DNA of 64,000 bases from Candidatus Algichlamydia australiensis (GCA_033977065.1 JAXCHI010000004.1:433236-497235); one strand, 5' to 3'; positions 50,639 through 60,778 are shown, counted from the stretch's first letter. The notes: generated from the sequence alone by a model not told the origin. Made by a program: numbers and translations.

Positions 50639-51764
50639 GATTTGCCCCTAATTTTTTGAAATCTTCACAAAAAGTGGGATAGGTTTTTTGATGCACAGTA
50701 AACCCTTCAATGGTCGTTTCTCCAGAAGCTCCCATGGCAGCTACAGCTAAGGCCATTGCAATGCGGTGGTCGTGGTGACTCTTGAGATTAGCCCCCTTTA
50801 ATTTTGCAGGTTGGATCAGTAGACCATCCGATTTCTCTTCAATAATGGCCCCCATTTTTCTAAGCTCCTGCGCAATTGCGTGAATGCGATCCGACTCTTT
50901 CTGTCTGCAAATGGCACCATTAAAGAGTCGTGTTGGTTTTTTGGCATAGCAGGCGAGGGTTGCGAGAATGGGAAGTGCGTCGACAAAAGGGCCCACATCA
51001 ATCTCTCCGCCAGAAAATTCTTGGTTCATTTTGACGTAATCAAAGAGTTTTTTATCTCCCTGAGAGTCAGAAAAGTCTAACCCTTCAATTGAAATTTGGG
51101 ACTTCGTAACAATTGACGCAGCGATGGGGAAGGCTGCGGAAGAGAAGTCAGCTGGTACGGTGTAGTTAAATGGTTTGATTGTAGTTGAGCCTGGAAGAAA
51201 AAAGCGCTTGTAGCCCTCTCTTTCATAAGGAATTTCTAGAAAATCAAACCAGCCGAGGGTCACATCGAGCCACTCTCTTTCTTGCGCATCAACGACCTCA
51301 ATCTCAAATGGGCCTTTGCTTATAGCACAGGCAATTAAGAGAGCCGAGACGGGCTGCGAATCTTTTCCACAAATTTTTACTTTTCCTGGGCGAAGCGGTC
51401 CGGAAATTTCTACGCCTGGCAGAGCCGTTCCTCCAAGGCTGTTTACTGCATTTAAGAGAGGTTGAATAGGTCTGCGCTCTTTAATAGATTGATCTCCTGT
51501 GATGCGGACTCTTTTGCTTGTTGTTGCGGCAAGACCTGCGAGAAAACGGTAGACGATTCCAGAATTGCCACTATCAATTAGAGGATGATCTTTTTTTAAT
51601 TCGCAAAGGGCGCGCCGCATGGTCTCGATGTCGGGGGATTCTAGCGCGTTTTTAATAGTGCAGGGGCCACTTGCGAGGGAAGCAAAGAGCAGAGCGCGGT
51701 GCGTATGCGACTTCGATGGAGGAATTTTTATTTTGCCGCTAAGGTAACTCTTTCGAATACGCAT
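50631..51764 (-). CDS. aroA: EPSP synthase
   Basis: PPSKS, GNSG, DFSSA, KESDRI, DHRIAM, KTYP. Confidence 0.93.
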   Translation of the reverse strand: MRIRKSYLSGKIKIPPSKSHTHRALLFASLASGPCTIKNALESPDIETMRRALCELKKDHPLIDSGNSGIVYRFLAGLAATTSKRVRITGDQSIKERRPIQPLLNAVNSLGGTALPGVEISGPLRPGKVKICGKDSQPVSALLIACAISKGPFEIEVVDAQEREWLDVTLGWFDFLEIPYEREGYKRFFLPGSTTIKPFNYTVPADFSSAAFPIAASIVTKSQISIEGLDFSDSQGDKKLFDYVKMNQEFSGGEIDVGPFVDALPILATLACYAKKPTRLFNGAICRQKESDRIHAIAQELRKMGAIIEEKSDGLLIQPAKLKGANLKSHHDHRIAMALAVAAMGASGETTIEGFTVHQKTYPTFCEDFKKLGANLE

Positions 51765-52729
51765 AAATCTTTTTCTTGAATTGGAGTTAGTTCTCGACTC
51801 GCTCTTCCTATTCTTTCAAGCTTTACCATCCCCTTTTTCTTATCTTGCGCAAGTGCGCTCATCCAATCTTTTGTTGGAATCGAAGGGAGGTAAGGGTCGA
51901 AATTCCATTTTTGTAGAATCATTTCAATGCGTGATAGACTTGTCTCATCAAGCCCCGAAAGAAGCGCCTCGGCATAGAGACCTTTTGCGACGGCTTCCCC
52001 GTGCGGCATTCTATAGCCAGAGAGACGCTCTAATGCGTGACCAATTGTATGACCAAAGTTGAGAAGAGTACGCAGACCGAGCTTTTCAAAAGGGTCTTTT
52101 TGACAAATTTCAGATTTAATTTGTGACGCAATACGTAGAGCGTGAGCCAAAGTTTTTTGCTCCTGCCAAAAGAGGGGAGAGTCCTCTAAAAAACGAAAAA
52201 ACTCCTCGCTATAGATCAGAGCAGCTTTTAACACCTCGCTTGCCCCATGATGCCACTCTCTAAGGGGGAGTGTGCTTAAAAATGTGGTATCGGAAAAGAG
52301 ATATTGAGGAGGGTAGATCGTACCGATTAAGTTTTTTCCTGCGGATGTATTCAGACCGTTTTTTCCTCCAATCGAGGCGTCAATCATGGCAAGAAGTGTA
52401 GTGGGAATTAGGGTGAGCGGCACTCCTCTGCGATAGGTAGCCGCCACAAAACCCGCCATATCTGTCACGACTCCACCTCCAAAGCCAATAATGTGTGTCT
52501 TCTTTGAAATGGAACACTGACCTATAGCTTCTACAATCTTGTTGTAGATAGAGAGGTTCTTATTTGACTCACCAGGCGTAAATGCAAAGAGGTGTGTGAG
52601 GTAACCCGACTCAGTAAGATTATGAAGAAGTTTTTCACCCCAAATCTGTTTTACATTCTCATCAGTTATGACAATAAAGTGGGTTTCTTTATGATAGTTT
52701 TCGAAAAACTTTTCTAAAAAAGGCAGCAT
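51728..52729 (-). CDS. aroB: 3-dehydroquinate synthase
   Basis: GGGVVTD, PTTLLAMIDASIGGK, LNFGHTIGHA, HGEAV. Confidence 0.95.
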   Translation of the reverse strand: MLPFLEKFFENYHKETHFIVITDENVKQIWGEKLLHNLTESGYLTHLFAFTPGESNKNLSIYNKIVEAIGQCSISKKTHIIGFGGGVVTDMAGFVAATYRRGVPLTLIPTTLLAMIDASIGGKNGLNTSAGKNLIGTIYPPQYLFSDTTFLSTLPLREWHHGASEVLKAALIYSEEFFRFLEDSPLFWQEQKTLAHALRIASQIKSEICQKDPFEKLGLRTLLNFGHTIGHALERLSGYRMPHGEAVAKGLYAEALLSGLDETSLSRIEMILQKWNFDPYLPSIPTKDWMSALAQDKKKGMVKLERIGRASRELTPIQEKDLCVFERVTLAAK

Positions 52730-53921
52730 GGCAATCGCACTTATTTTGAACGCACACACTCATCGTAGCGCAAAAAAGGCTTTTACAGAAGCGGATTTGT
52801 TGGAGTATCGGTTAGACGAGATAAGAAGACCTAATCTGCCCGAAACCAATGCGATTTTCACTCATCCCTCAAAAGAGGACTTAGCTCTATCTCCCGCCTT
52901 TGTAGATCTTGACTACCAATCTGAAAGCATTTCCTATCTCTCTCCCCATTCAAAACTAATTGCTTCCTACCACAATTACGAGAGCACGCCTGACTTAGAA
53001 AAGCTTTTTAACCAAATGCAGAAGGTACAGGCAGACTTTTATAAAATTGCAACTTTTGCCAACTCCTCTCTCGATGCGCTACGTATGATGCGTTTTCGGA
53101 GAAAACACCCCAATGTGATTGGTATTTGTATGGGAGAAAAAGGACTTGTTACTCGAGTGACAGCCCCAATTTGTGGGCAACATCACACTTATGCAAGCTT
53201 AGAAAAAAATGATTTGGGAATTCCGCTTTTAGAGGAGTTGTTAACCGTTTACAACTACCGCCATCTCAACCCTCAAACAAAAATTTTCGCCTTAATTGGA
53301 GATCCCGTATCGCTTAGTCCATCGCACATTACCCACAATCAAACATTTCTTTCTAGAGGACAAAATGCTCTCTACGTTAAAATCTCGCTAAAAAAAGAGG
53401 AGCTTTCAGAATTTTTCTCTTACAGCAACTTTTTCGACGGTCTTAGCGTCACACACCCTCTCAAAGAAGCGGTACTACCCTTTTTGCAAAAAATAGATCC
53501 TGAGGCGAAATCGATTGGGGCAGTCAACACAATATCCCAAGGGTGTGGCTACAACACTGATGGTAGAGGGGCATGGGATGCAATTGGAAATCCTCCGGGA
53601 AAGAGGGTGGCTATCTTAGGAGAGGGCGGAGCAGCGAGAGCTGCGGCTTTTGAAGCAAAAAAGCGCGGATTTTTGCCTACAATTTACTATCGTACACTTG
53701 ACCTTAAGCCCTACGATATTTTGATTAATGCTACGCCGCTTGGGATGAGGGGGGAGCTAGCACTTCCTAAAGACAAAATTCTTGAAAGAACAACTCTCTT
53801 AGATATGGTGATGGCAGACACACCTCTGATCAAAATTGCAAAAGAAAAAAAATGTCGCGTGATTACGGGCAAAGAGATGTTCCACGCACAAGCAAAACAT
53901 CAATTGAAATTTTTTAAATGA
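52728..53921 (+). CDS. aroDE: Bifunctional 3-dehydroquinate dehydratase / shikimate dehydrogenase
   Basis: EYRLD, SYHNY..TP, MGEKG...R; GDPV..SPS, VT.P.K, GAVNT, NTDG, INATP. Confidence 0.92.
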   Translation: MAIALILNAHTHRSAKKAFTEADLLEYRLDEIRRPNLPETNAIFTHPSKEDLALSPAFVDLDYQSESISYLSPHSKLIASYHNYESTPDLEKLFNQMQKVQADFYKIATFANSSLDALRMMRFRRKHPNVIGICMGEKGLVTRVTAPICGQHHTYASLEKNDLGIPLLEELLTVYNYRHLNPQTKIFALIGDPVSLSPSHITHNQTFLSRGQNALYVKISLKKEELSEFFSYSNFFDGLSVTHPLKEAVLPFLQKIDPEAKSIGAVNTISQGCGYNTDGRGAWDAIGNPPGKRVAILGEGGAARAAAFEAKKRGFLPTIYYRTLDLKPYDILINATPLGMRGELALPKDKILERTTLLDMVMADTPLIKIAKEKKCRVITGKEMFHAQAKHQLKFFK

Positions 53922-54103
53922 CTGTATACATAGCGAACGGGGAGCATCGTCCCGTAGAAATTCAAGAAGAGAGAGTAATTGCTGTAGATGGAGGGTTACA
54001 GTTCTGTTATAGGCTGGGGATTGAGCCAATCGCAGTTGTTGGGGACTTTGACTCTTTAGATAAAGAGTTATTAGAGCAGTATCCGGACGTAGAAAAGGTT
54101 AAG

Positions 54104-54272
54104 CTAGTACTCTGTAACAGAAATTTTTAGCATTATTTTTACGTCAAAGCCTCGGGATTGAACTATCGAAAATCACCTCGTATTTGATTAATACTAGGTG
54201 ACTTGCGATAGCCCAATCGCGAGAGCTTTCACGTTAAAAAGAATAGCAAAATTTTCTGTTACAGAGTACTAG
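54104..54272 (+). mobile_element. Family A-short element inside thiN
   Basis: 169 bp, CTAG-bounded. Confidence 0.95.
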
Positions 54273-54550
54273 ATCGCGCTAAAGATGAGACTGGCCTGGA
54301 AGTTGCAATAAAAAAATATGGTGAAAAAGGAGTTGTTTACGGAGGTCTGGGAGATCGCTTGGATCACACGATCTACAACCTCTTCTTAGCACTTCGTTAT
54401 CCAGGAATACTCCTTTTTGATTTTCATGGCGAGACGATATTTGTAGTAGAGGATAGAGAAGCTTTAGAGTTTTATAACGGATATAAAATTGTCATCGAAA
54501 ACAGCCAAGAAAAATTTCAAAAAATTGTAGATCAGATAGCTAAAACGCCT

Positions 54551-54959
54551 CTAGTACTTCGTAACAGAAAATTTTAGCATTATTTTTACGTCAAAGCCTT
54601 CGCATAAAAATGGATCCCAAACGTGAAAAGTAAAGCGATTGTATGTGATTGAAAAAGCTGTCTAGACCTTGCAAAGTTTTCTGCAAAACAAAAAAAACAG
54701 CCGCGCAAGCGACGTGAAAGGGGCCCCTCCCGAAACAAAGTGGAGGGTGGGGAATGAACGCGCGATGCGCTCGATGGCTTCAGATTGGCTTTGAAAAATT
54801 GCGGTGCAGGAGGAAGAAGTAGTGCTTTGCACGGTTTTCCGACGAAACGCAATTTGGCATGCCAAGGTGAAGCTCAAAGGGCAGCGGGGATTTGCCCGAC
54901 TGTCTCTATTGGCTGTTTTTTTAAATTAAACACTAAGATTTTCTGTTACGAAGTACTAG
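54551..54959 (+). mobile_element. Family A-long element inside thiN
   Basis: 409 bp; both ends carry the TTC variant (CTAGTACTTCGTAAC). Confidence 0.95.
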
Positions 54960-55271
54960 TTACGCCCGAAAATCCGATGATTATTGCTACTAAACGAGGT
55001 CAAACTATCTCTCTATTTCCCATTGGAGGAAAAGCGACTGGTGTGAATACAAAAGGCTTAAAGTGGGAGTTTGGTGAAGAGTATAATGAGATGGATAAAG
55101 ACTTTGTCAGCTTATCAAATATAGCTATTGGAAATCGGGTAGAAATTTCAGTAGAAGCAGGAAAAGTGGCGGTTTTTATTAGCGAGTTAATTGATAAGGA
55201 GATGTTGGCTTTATAAGGAGGGGCGGAGCTGTTCCAACCCTCCCAAAATTCTCCGTTTACAGAGTGCTATT

Positions 55272-55886
55272 CTACTGCTCTACAAAAGGAGCTGTAGCTG
55301 CTTTTACAATGTCGGGATCGACATTGGCAAAGATTGCTTCGATTTTGACCTGAAGAACTTTTTGCGCGCTATGCTTTTGTAGGGCTGGAAGCGCTTCTTT
55401 AGAATGAATAAAGAGGCGACTATTGATTTCTGCAAGAGCTGCTTGCGGATCTTCAAGTTTCTCTTCTACATCGCCCGCTTTGATTTGAACAAGGCGTTCA
55501 AACTCGTTGATTTGTGCAATTTGAGCCGCTTCTAACTGTTTTGAGAAAATTTCCTTCGCTTTTTCAGGGCTGACATTGTGCTTTTTTGCCTGGATGACAA
55601 TGTTTTGCAAGAGCTGCTGCTCGTTATCAATTTCAAGGATAGGCTTACCGCGATTCCACTTGTAAGCAGAGACGTGCTCCATAATATCAATTCTCTCTTT
55701 GATCGTGCCAAGGAGATTTTCGATTGATTGGATGTCTTGGTCAGTAAGAAGGTCTTGGTAGGCAAGCTCTTGTTTAGGAGCCGGCTCTGTAACATTTTGA
55801 TTTGCACTCATTTGTGGGTGGAATGCAAATGGGAGACCGAAGAGCATAATACTAAGTAGGGTACGTTTAAATCCTTTAAATTCCAT
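55272..55886 (-). CDS. Secreted chorismate mutase-like protein (AroQ-gamma)
   Basis: Signal peptide; ER...M..V..YKW....PI......EQ; F..Q.EAA...Q. Confidence 0.75.
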   Translation of the reverse strand: MEFKGFKRTLLSIMLFGLPFAFHPQMSANQNVTEPAPKQELAYQDLLTDQDIQSIENLLGTIKERIDIMEHVSAYKWNRGKPILEIDNEQQLLQNIVIQAKKHNVSPEKAKEIFSKQLEAAQIAQINEFERLVQIKAGDVEEKLEDPQAALAEINSRLFIHSKEALPALQKHSAQKVLQVKIEAIFANVDPDIVKAATAPFVEQ

Positions 55887-55924
55887 TGTTCACCTCGTAA
55901 TTTCGGCTCTATTATAGCAGTTTT

Positions 55925-56362
55925 TTAATTAATTGTGAATGTAAAATTATTTTTTGATTTTAAAGAATTTGCAACTATACAGCTTTTTTGTGCATCTGTG
56001 AGCAGCGCGTGCGCTTTTTCTTCGTCCGTTACACCTGTCAAAGAGAAGTGCAGGTGCACCTCAGTTACAGAGACAACCTTTTCTTCGTTGCGATCAAGAA
56101 AGATTTCTACATTTCCTGAAAGATCAGAAAATGAGAGACCACTCTTCTCTGCAAAAACCTTAAATGTCCCCATAAAACAGGTCATAACGGAGAGTCCGAT
56201 TAAATCTTCCGGGGAATATCCTGCACCTGCACCTCCAAAAGCTTCTGGAACATCACAGGTAAGAGAGGGCTGTCCATGTGCTGTTGCGGTCCAACCACCA
56301 TTCAATTTTGCTTCTGCTTTAAATTTCATCGGATATTCGATCATTGTAAACTCCTTTTCCAC
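55925..56362 (-). CDS. OsmC family protein
   Basis: P..FGG.G...SPEDL, two conserved Cys (TCF, SCIVANS). Confidence 0.88.
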   Translation of the reverse strand: MEKEFTMIEYPMKFKAEAKLNGGWTATAHGQPSLTCDVPEAFGGAGAGYSPEDLIGLSVMTCFMGTFKVFAEKSGLSFSDLSGNVEIFLDRNEEKVVSVTEVHLHFSLTGVTDEEKAHALLTDAQKSCIVANSLKSKNNFTFTIN

Positions 56363-56434
56363 AATATAATTTGCATTGCATCAGAAAGCAACTTTCCGAT
56401 AACCTAGAGTTTATTTTTCAACATTTGAGGGCCT

Positions 56435-57850
56435 ATGTGGCAACAATTCCAACCAAAAAAAGTTTTTCTCTTTATGCTCAGCGTGATTCTGGGCTTAGTT
56501 GTTTGGCTCTTGCCAACACCTGAAGGGGTAACAGACCAAGCGTGGCAGCTTCTTGCCATATTCGTCTTTACCATCGCAGGAATCATTAGTAAACCTCTTC
56601 CAATGGGGGCCATGGCATTTATCGGTTTGATGCTATTGGTTGTGACAGGTACGTTAACATTTGAAGAATCTTTTAGCGGATTTAACAACAATATTGTTTG
56701 GTTAATTGTCTTTGCATTCTTCATTGCACGCGGCTTTATTAAAACAGGGCTTGGCTCTCGACTCGCGTTTCAAATTATGAGATTGCTTGGCAAAAGCACC
56801 CTCGGAATGGGATATGGTCTTGTTGCAACGGATCTGCTTTTAGCCCCTGCGATCCCAAGCTTAACGGCAAGAGCGGGGGGAGTCATTTTTCCAGTTCTTA
56901 CATCCTTAGCAAAAGCGTTTGGATCTGAACCCCACTCTCATCCAAGAAAGCTTGGTTCTTACTTAATGAACACTGCTTTTCAAGGCTCTGTTGTAACTTC
57001 AGCAATGTTTTTGACGTCGATGGCAGGCAATCCTCTTGTCGCTGATTTGGTTGCAGAGGTAGGTGTTACTCTCAATTGGGGTACATGGGCTCTAGCAGCT
57101 TGTGTTCCCGGTATTCTCTCCCTTTTAGTTCTTCCCTACGTGATGTATAAAATTTACCCTCCAGAAGTGAAGCAGACTCCTGATGCAAAAGATTTTGCTT
57201 GTAAGGAACTGAAAGCGATGGGACCGATTGGTTTCCAAGAGTGGGTAATGCTCTTTACTTTTGTCCTTCTTATTACTCTTTGGGTTTTGGGACCTGTCAT
57301 TCAGATGAAAGCAGCAGCAGCCGCTCTTCTTGGTCTCTGCTTACTTCTGCTTACCAAGGTCATCTCATGGGATGATATTATCAAAGAGAAGGGCGCTTGG
57401 AACATTTTAATTTGGTTTGCCACTTTGATCACTATGGCAGGAGCATTAAATAAACTTGGATTGACAAAATGGTTTTCTAGCCTTGTTGTAGGAAACCTTG
57501 CGGGCGTAGACTGGATGGTAGGATTTATCGTTCTTGCTCTTGTCTACTACTATTCTCACTATTTCTTCGCTAGTAATGTTGCCCACATCGGTTCGATGTT
57601 CCCTCCATTCTTAATTTTAAGTGTTGGCCTAGGAACTCCTCCTGCACTTGCAGCGCTCACTCTAGCATTTTTTAGCAGCCTTTTCGGCGGCTTAACGCAC
57701 TACGGTTGTGGTCCAGCCCCGATCTTTTTTGGAGCGGGTTATGTTCCGGTAACTACTTGGTGGCGCAACGGTTTTGTGATGAGCGTGATTTACATTCTTA
57801 TTTGGGGTGTACTTGGTGGTTTCTGGTGGAAGGCTCTTGGACTTTTCTAA
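56435..57850 (+). CDS. DASS family dicarboxylate transporter (2-oxoglutarate/malate translocator-like)
   Basis: KTGLG.R, PS.TARAGG, SAMFLT.MA.NP, HYFFAS..AH, THYG.GPAP. Confidence 0.92.
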   Translation: MWQQFQPKKVFLFMLSVILGLVVWLLPTPEGVTDQAWQLLAIFVFTIAGIISKPLPMGAMAFIGLMLLVVTGTLTFEESFSGFNNNIVWLIVFAFFIARGFIKTGLGSRLAFQIMRLLGKSTLGMGYGLVATDLLLAPAIPSLTARAGGVIFPVLTSLAKAFGSEPHSHPRKLGSYLMNTAFQGSVVTSAMFLTSMAGNPLVADLVAEVGVTLNWGTWALAACVPGILSLLVLPYVMYKIYPPEVKQTPDAKDFACKELKAMGPIGFQEWVMLFTFVLLITLWVLGPVIQMKAAAAALLGLCLLLLTKVISWDDIIKEKGAWNILIWFATLITMAGALNKLGLTKWFSSLVVGNLAGVDWMVGFIVLALVYYYSHYFFASNVAHIGSMFPPFLILSVGLGTPPALAALTLAFFSSLFGGLTHYGCGPAPIFFGAGYVPVTTWWRNGFVMSVIYILIWGVLGGFWWKALGLF

Positions 57851-58454
57851 GTTTTCTAAGGAGCGCAAGCGAATTGAAGCGATCACAAAAGAAGAAATGG
57901 AGAAGAAATTCTCCTTTTCTTTTTTAAATGAGTTGCAATTTTCAAGCCCTAGGATTTTGCGGTGGGTGAATAGCAAATGTGAAAAACGTTTGAGAAGTGA
58001 AAATTATCGCGCACAAAACAGCTGGATGCACTCACTCTACCTTGACGATTTTAAGAAAAAACATCTACCTAAACTCTTTATTAAACATGTCAACCAGCTA
58101 GTTGGTTACGGTCTTTTTGCAGCTGATGATCTTGCTGAGCTCTCCCTAATTGGCGAGTATACGGGTATTGTTCGAAGGCGACGACGATGGAGCGATAGGC
58201 AAAATGCCTATATTTTTGGCTATGTTGTTGGGCCACACGACACGCCATATGTGATTGATGCCAAAGAAAAGGGGAACTTAACAAGATTCATTAATCATAG
58301 TGAAACACCAAACTGCATTTCGCGCTGGATGATTGTAGATGGAGTTTGCCATGTGATCTTCTTTACCAATAAGTTGATCAAGGCGGGCGAGCAGCTAACC
58401 TACAATTACGGTCCTCATTTTTGGAAGAACCGCATGTATCCCCTTGAGTTATAG
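57807..58454 (+). CDS. SET-domain lysine methyltransferase (chlamydial NUE-like); start uncertain
   Basis: GYGLFA, IGEYTG, RFINHS..PN, GEQLTYNYG..FW. Confidence 0.9.
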   Translation: MYLVVSGGRLLDFSKFSKERKRIEAITKEEMEKKFSFSFLNELQFSSPRILRWVNSKCEKRLRSENYRAQNSWMHSLYLDDFKKKHLPKLFIKHVNQLVGYGLFAADDLAELSLIGEYTGIVRRRRRWSDRQNAYIFGYVVGPHDTPYVIDAKEKGNLTRFINHSETPNCISRWMIVDGVCHVIFFTNKLIKAGEQLTYNYGPHFWKNRMYPLEL

Positions 58455-58493
58455 AAATAAATTTAATAACCTCCAAAAGAGAGGAGTAGTCTT

Positions 58494-60428
58494 ATGGGAA
58501 AGAGTGTCGCACACAAACTAATCGAAAGTCATTTACTTTCGGGAAAAATGGAAGTAGGTGAGGAGATTGGCCTGAAAATTGACCAAACTTTAACACAAGA
58601 TGCAACCGGTACAATGGTGATGCTTGAACTTGAGGCGATGGGGCTTGATTGTGCAAAAACAGAGGTCTCTTGCCAATATGTCGATCACAATATTATCCAG
58701 AGTGATTTTAAAAATCCTGATGATCACCTCTTTTTATATAGCGCATGCCAAAAGTTTGGTATTTGGTTTTCGCGTCCAGGGAATGGTGTCTCACACCCTG
58801 TTCACATGGAAAAATTAGGTATTCCTGGGAAAACTCTTCTTGGTTCTGATAGCCATACCTGCGCTGCAGGGAGTCTAGGGATGCTCGCAATTGGAACAGG
58901 GGGGCTAGAGGTAGCCCTTGCCATTGCTGGAGAACCCTTCTATGTAAGCATGCCAAAAATTATGGGCGTGAAGCTCACAGGTGAGATGCCAGATTGGGTT
59001 AGCGCTAAAGATATCATTTTGGAAATGCTTCGCCGCCATGATGTTGCTGGTGGTGTGGGAAAAATTATTGAGTACTACGGTCCTGGAATTGAAAAATTGA
59101 ATGCGATGGAGCGTCATGTGATTGCAAACATGGGCGCTGAGCTTGGAGCGACAACCTCACTCTTTCCCTCAGACCATATGACGAAACATTTTCTTACGCA
59201 AATGGGTCGGGGAGCGGATTGGATAGAGATCAAAGCTGACAGTGATGTTACTTATGATGAGCATGATGAGATCGATCTTTCTAAATTAGAGCCACTTATT
59301 GCATGCCCAAGCAGTCCAGGAAATGTTGTTCCAGTAAAAGAGGTAGCTGGTCGCCCAATTGTGCAGGCAATGATCGGTTCCTCTGCCAATCCTGCCATGC
59401 GTGACTTTGCCGTTTCAGCTATGATGGCAGAAGGAAAGCAGGTACAGCCTCACGTCTCATTCGATATTAACCCCGCATCTCGTATCGGTTTAGAAAATAT
59501 TACGCGCTATGGTCATCTCTCTTCATTAATTAAATCGGGGGCGCGTATCCACCAAGCGGGCTGCAATGGCTGCATTGGAATGGGGCAGGCTCCTGCAACA
59601 GGAAGAATCTCCCTACGAACAGTCCCTCGAAATTTTCCTGGTCGCTCTGGAACAAAAGAGGATCAAGTCTATCTCTGCTCTCCAGAAGTGGCAACAGCCT
59701 CAGCTCTTAAAGGAGAAATTACAGATCCGCGCGATTTAGGTATTCCTTATCCACGCTATACAGAACCAGATGAGCTCGATGTCGTAGAACACCTTACTGA
59801 GCCTCCACCAAAAGGGGAGAAGCATGAGCTGATCATGGGACCTAATATCAAACCTCTTCCTCCATTTTCTACGCTGAGCGACCGCATTGAGGGCCCAACG
59901 CTCTTAAAGATGGGAGACAATATCTCAACAGATGAAATTTCACCGGCAGGAGCTAAAGTTCTTCCTTTCAGAAGTAATATCCCTGAAATTAGCAAGTTTG
60001 CTTTTTCTCAAATTGATGAAGGATTTTATGACCGCGCTATCCCTCATAAAAAGAGCGGGTTTGTCCTGGTTGCTGGAGAAAACTACGGCCAAGGCTCTTC
60101 GCGTGAACACGCTGCGATCTCTCCACGCTTTTTAGGATTGCAGGCAGTGATCGCAAAGGGTTATGCCCGCATTCATCGCAAAAACTTGATTAACTTCGGT
60201 GTGCTGCCGCTTGTTTTTCAAAATCCGGAAGATTACGAGACGATTGACCAAGAAGATGTTTTAGAGATTGTAAATGTGCGTGAGAGTCTAGAGAAGGGGA
60301 CTCCTATACAAGTGCAAAACAAGACAAAAAATACGACGTTTACAGCCCTTCAAAATTTAGCAGAACTTGAGAAGAAATCTGTTCTAGCTGGAGGCTTAAT
60401 TAATATTATTCTTGCGAGGAAAAAATGA
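58494..60428 (+). CDS. Aconitate hydratase (short type)
   Basis: QDATG, DHN, GSDSHT, GCNGCIG, RNFPGR, NYGQGSSREHAA. Confidence 0.92.
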   Translation: MGKSVAHKLIESHLLSGKMEVGEEIGLKIDQTLTQDATGTMVMLELEAMGLDCAKTEVSCQYVDHNIIQSDFKNPDDHLFLYSACQKFGIWFSRPGNGVSHPVHMEKLGIPGKTLLGSDSHTCAAGSLGMLAIGTGGLEVALAIAGEPFYVSMPKIMGVKLTGEMPDWVSAKDIILEMLRRHDVAGGVGKIIEYYGPGIEKLNAMERHVIANMGAELGATTSLFPSDHMTKHFLTQMGRGADWIEIKADSDVTYDEHDEIDLSKLEPLIACPSSPGNVVPVKEVAGRPIVQAMIGSSANPAMRDFAVSAMMAEGKQVQPHVSFDINPASRIGLENITRYGHLSSLIKSGARIHQAGCNGCIGMGQAPATGRISLRTVPRNFPGRSGTKEDQVYLCSPEVATASALKGEITDPRDLGIPYPRYTEPDELDVVEHLTEPPPKGEKHELIMGPNIKPLPPFSTLSDRIEGPTLLKMGDNISTDEISPAGAKVLPFRSNIPEISKFAFSQIDEGFYDRAIPHKKSGFVLVAGENYGQGSSREHAAISPRFLGLQAVIAKGYARIHRKNLINFGVLPLVFQNPEDYETIDQEDVLEIVNVRESLEKGTPIQVQNKTKNTTFTALQNLAELEKKSVLAGGLINIILARKK

Positions 60429-60778
60429 TTCTACTACTTGTCCGCCTTATCATCACAACAGTTGTCGTTGTTTTAGTTGCGCACATCATCCCCGGTCTAG
60501 AAGTAAAAAACCTTACCGACACCATATTTTTTGGTTTGATTTTAGGACTTTTAAATGCTGTAGTACGCCCCATACTTACCTTTCTAACCTTGCCGATTAC
60601 GATTATTACCTTGGGACTTTTCACACTGGTAATCAACGCATTCACATTTTGGCTGGCGAGCGAGATTGCTTACGGTGTACACATCTATACCGTCTGGGGT
60701 GCTGTCATTGGAGGAGGAATTATTTGGCTTACCGGTCTTGTGACGAATCGTTTGATTTGGAAGGTGGACCTTTATTAG
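60425..60778 (+). CDS. YvlD / phage-holin-4-2 family membrane protein
   Basis: LLNAVVRPIL..LTLPI...TLGLF..VINA. Confidence 0.88.
   Translation: MILLLVRLIITTVVVVLVAHIIPGLEVKNLTDTIFFGLILGLLNAVVRPILTFLTLPITIITLGLFTLVINAFTFWLASEIAYGVHIYTVWGAVIGGGIIWLTGLVTNRLIWKVDLY

Larger units (their letters stand above)
53918..55216 (+). pseudogene. thiN: Thiamine pyrophosphokinase interrupted by two family-A elements
   Basis: AVDGG, GDFDS, KDET, RLDH, SLFP, GLKW, SN motifs; removing 165 and 405 bp gives a 242-aa frame. Confidence 0.92.

Noticed and set aside
54104..54272. Rickettsia-palindromic-element-style in-frame peptide insertion (net lengths 165, 405, 180 and 162 are multiples of 3)
   Set aside because: Family-A ends place stops in all six frames and B (net 163) is not 3n, so read-through insertion is excluded for A; the 3n pattern may be chance.
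54785..55216. 143-aa ORF as an independent gene
   Set aside because: It is a TTG-started fusion of A-long sequence to the thiN C-terminal fragment.
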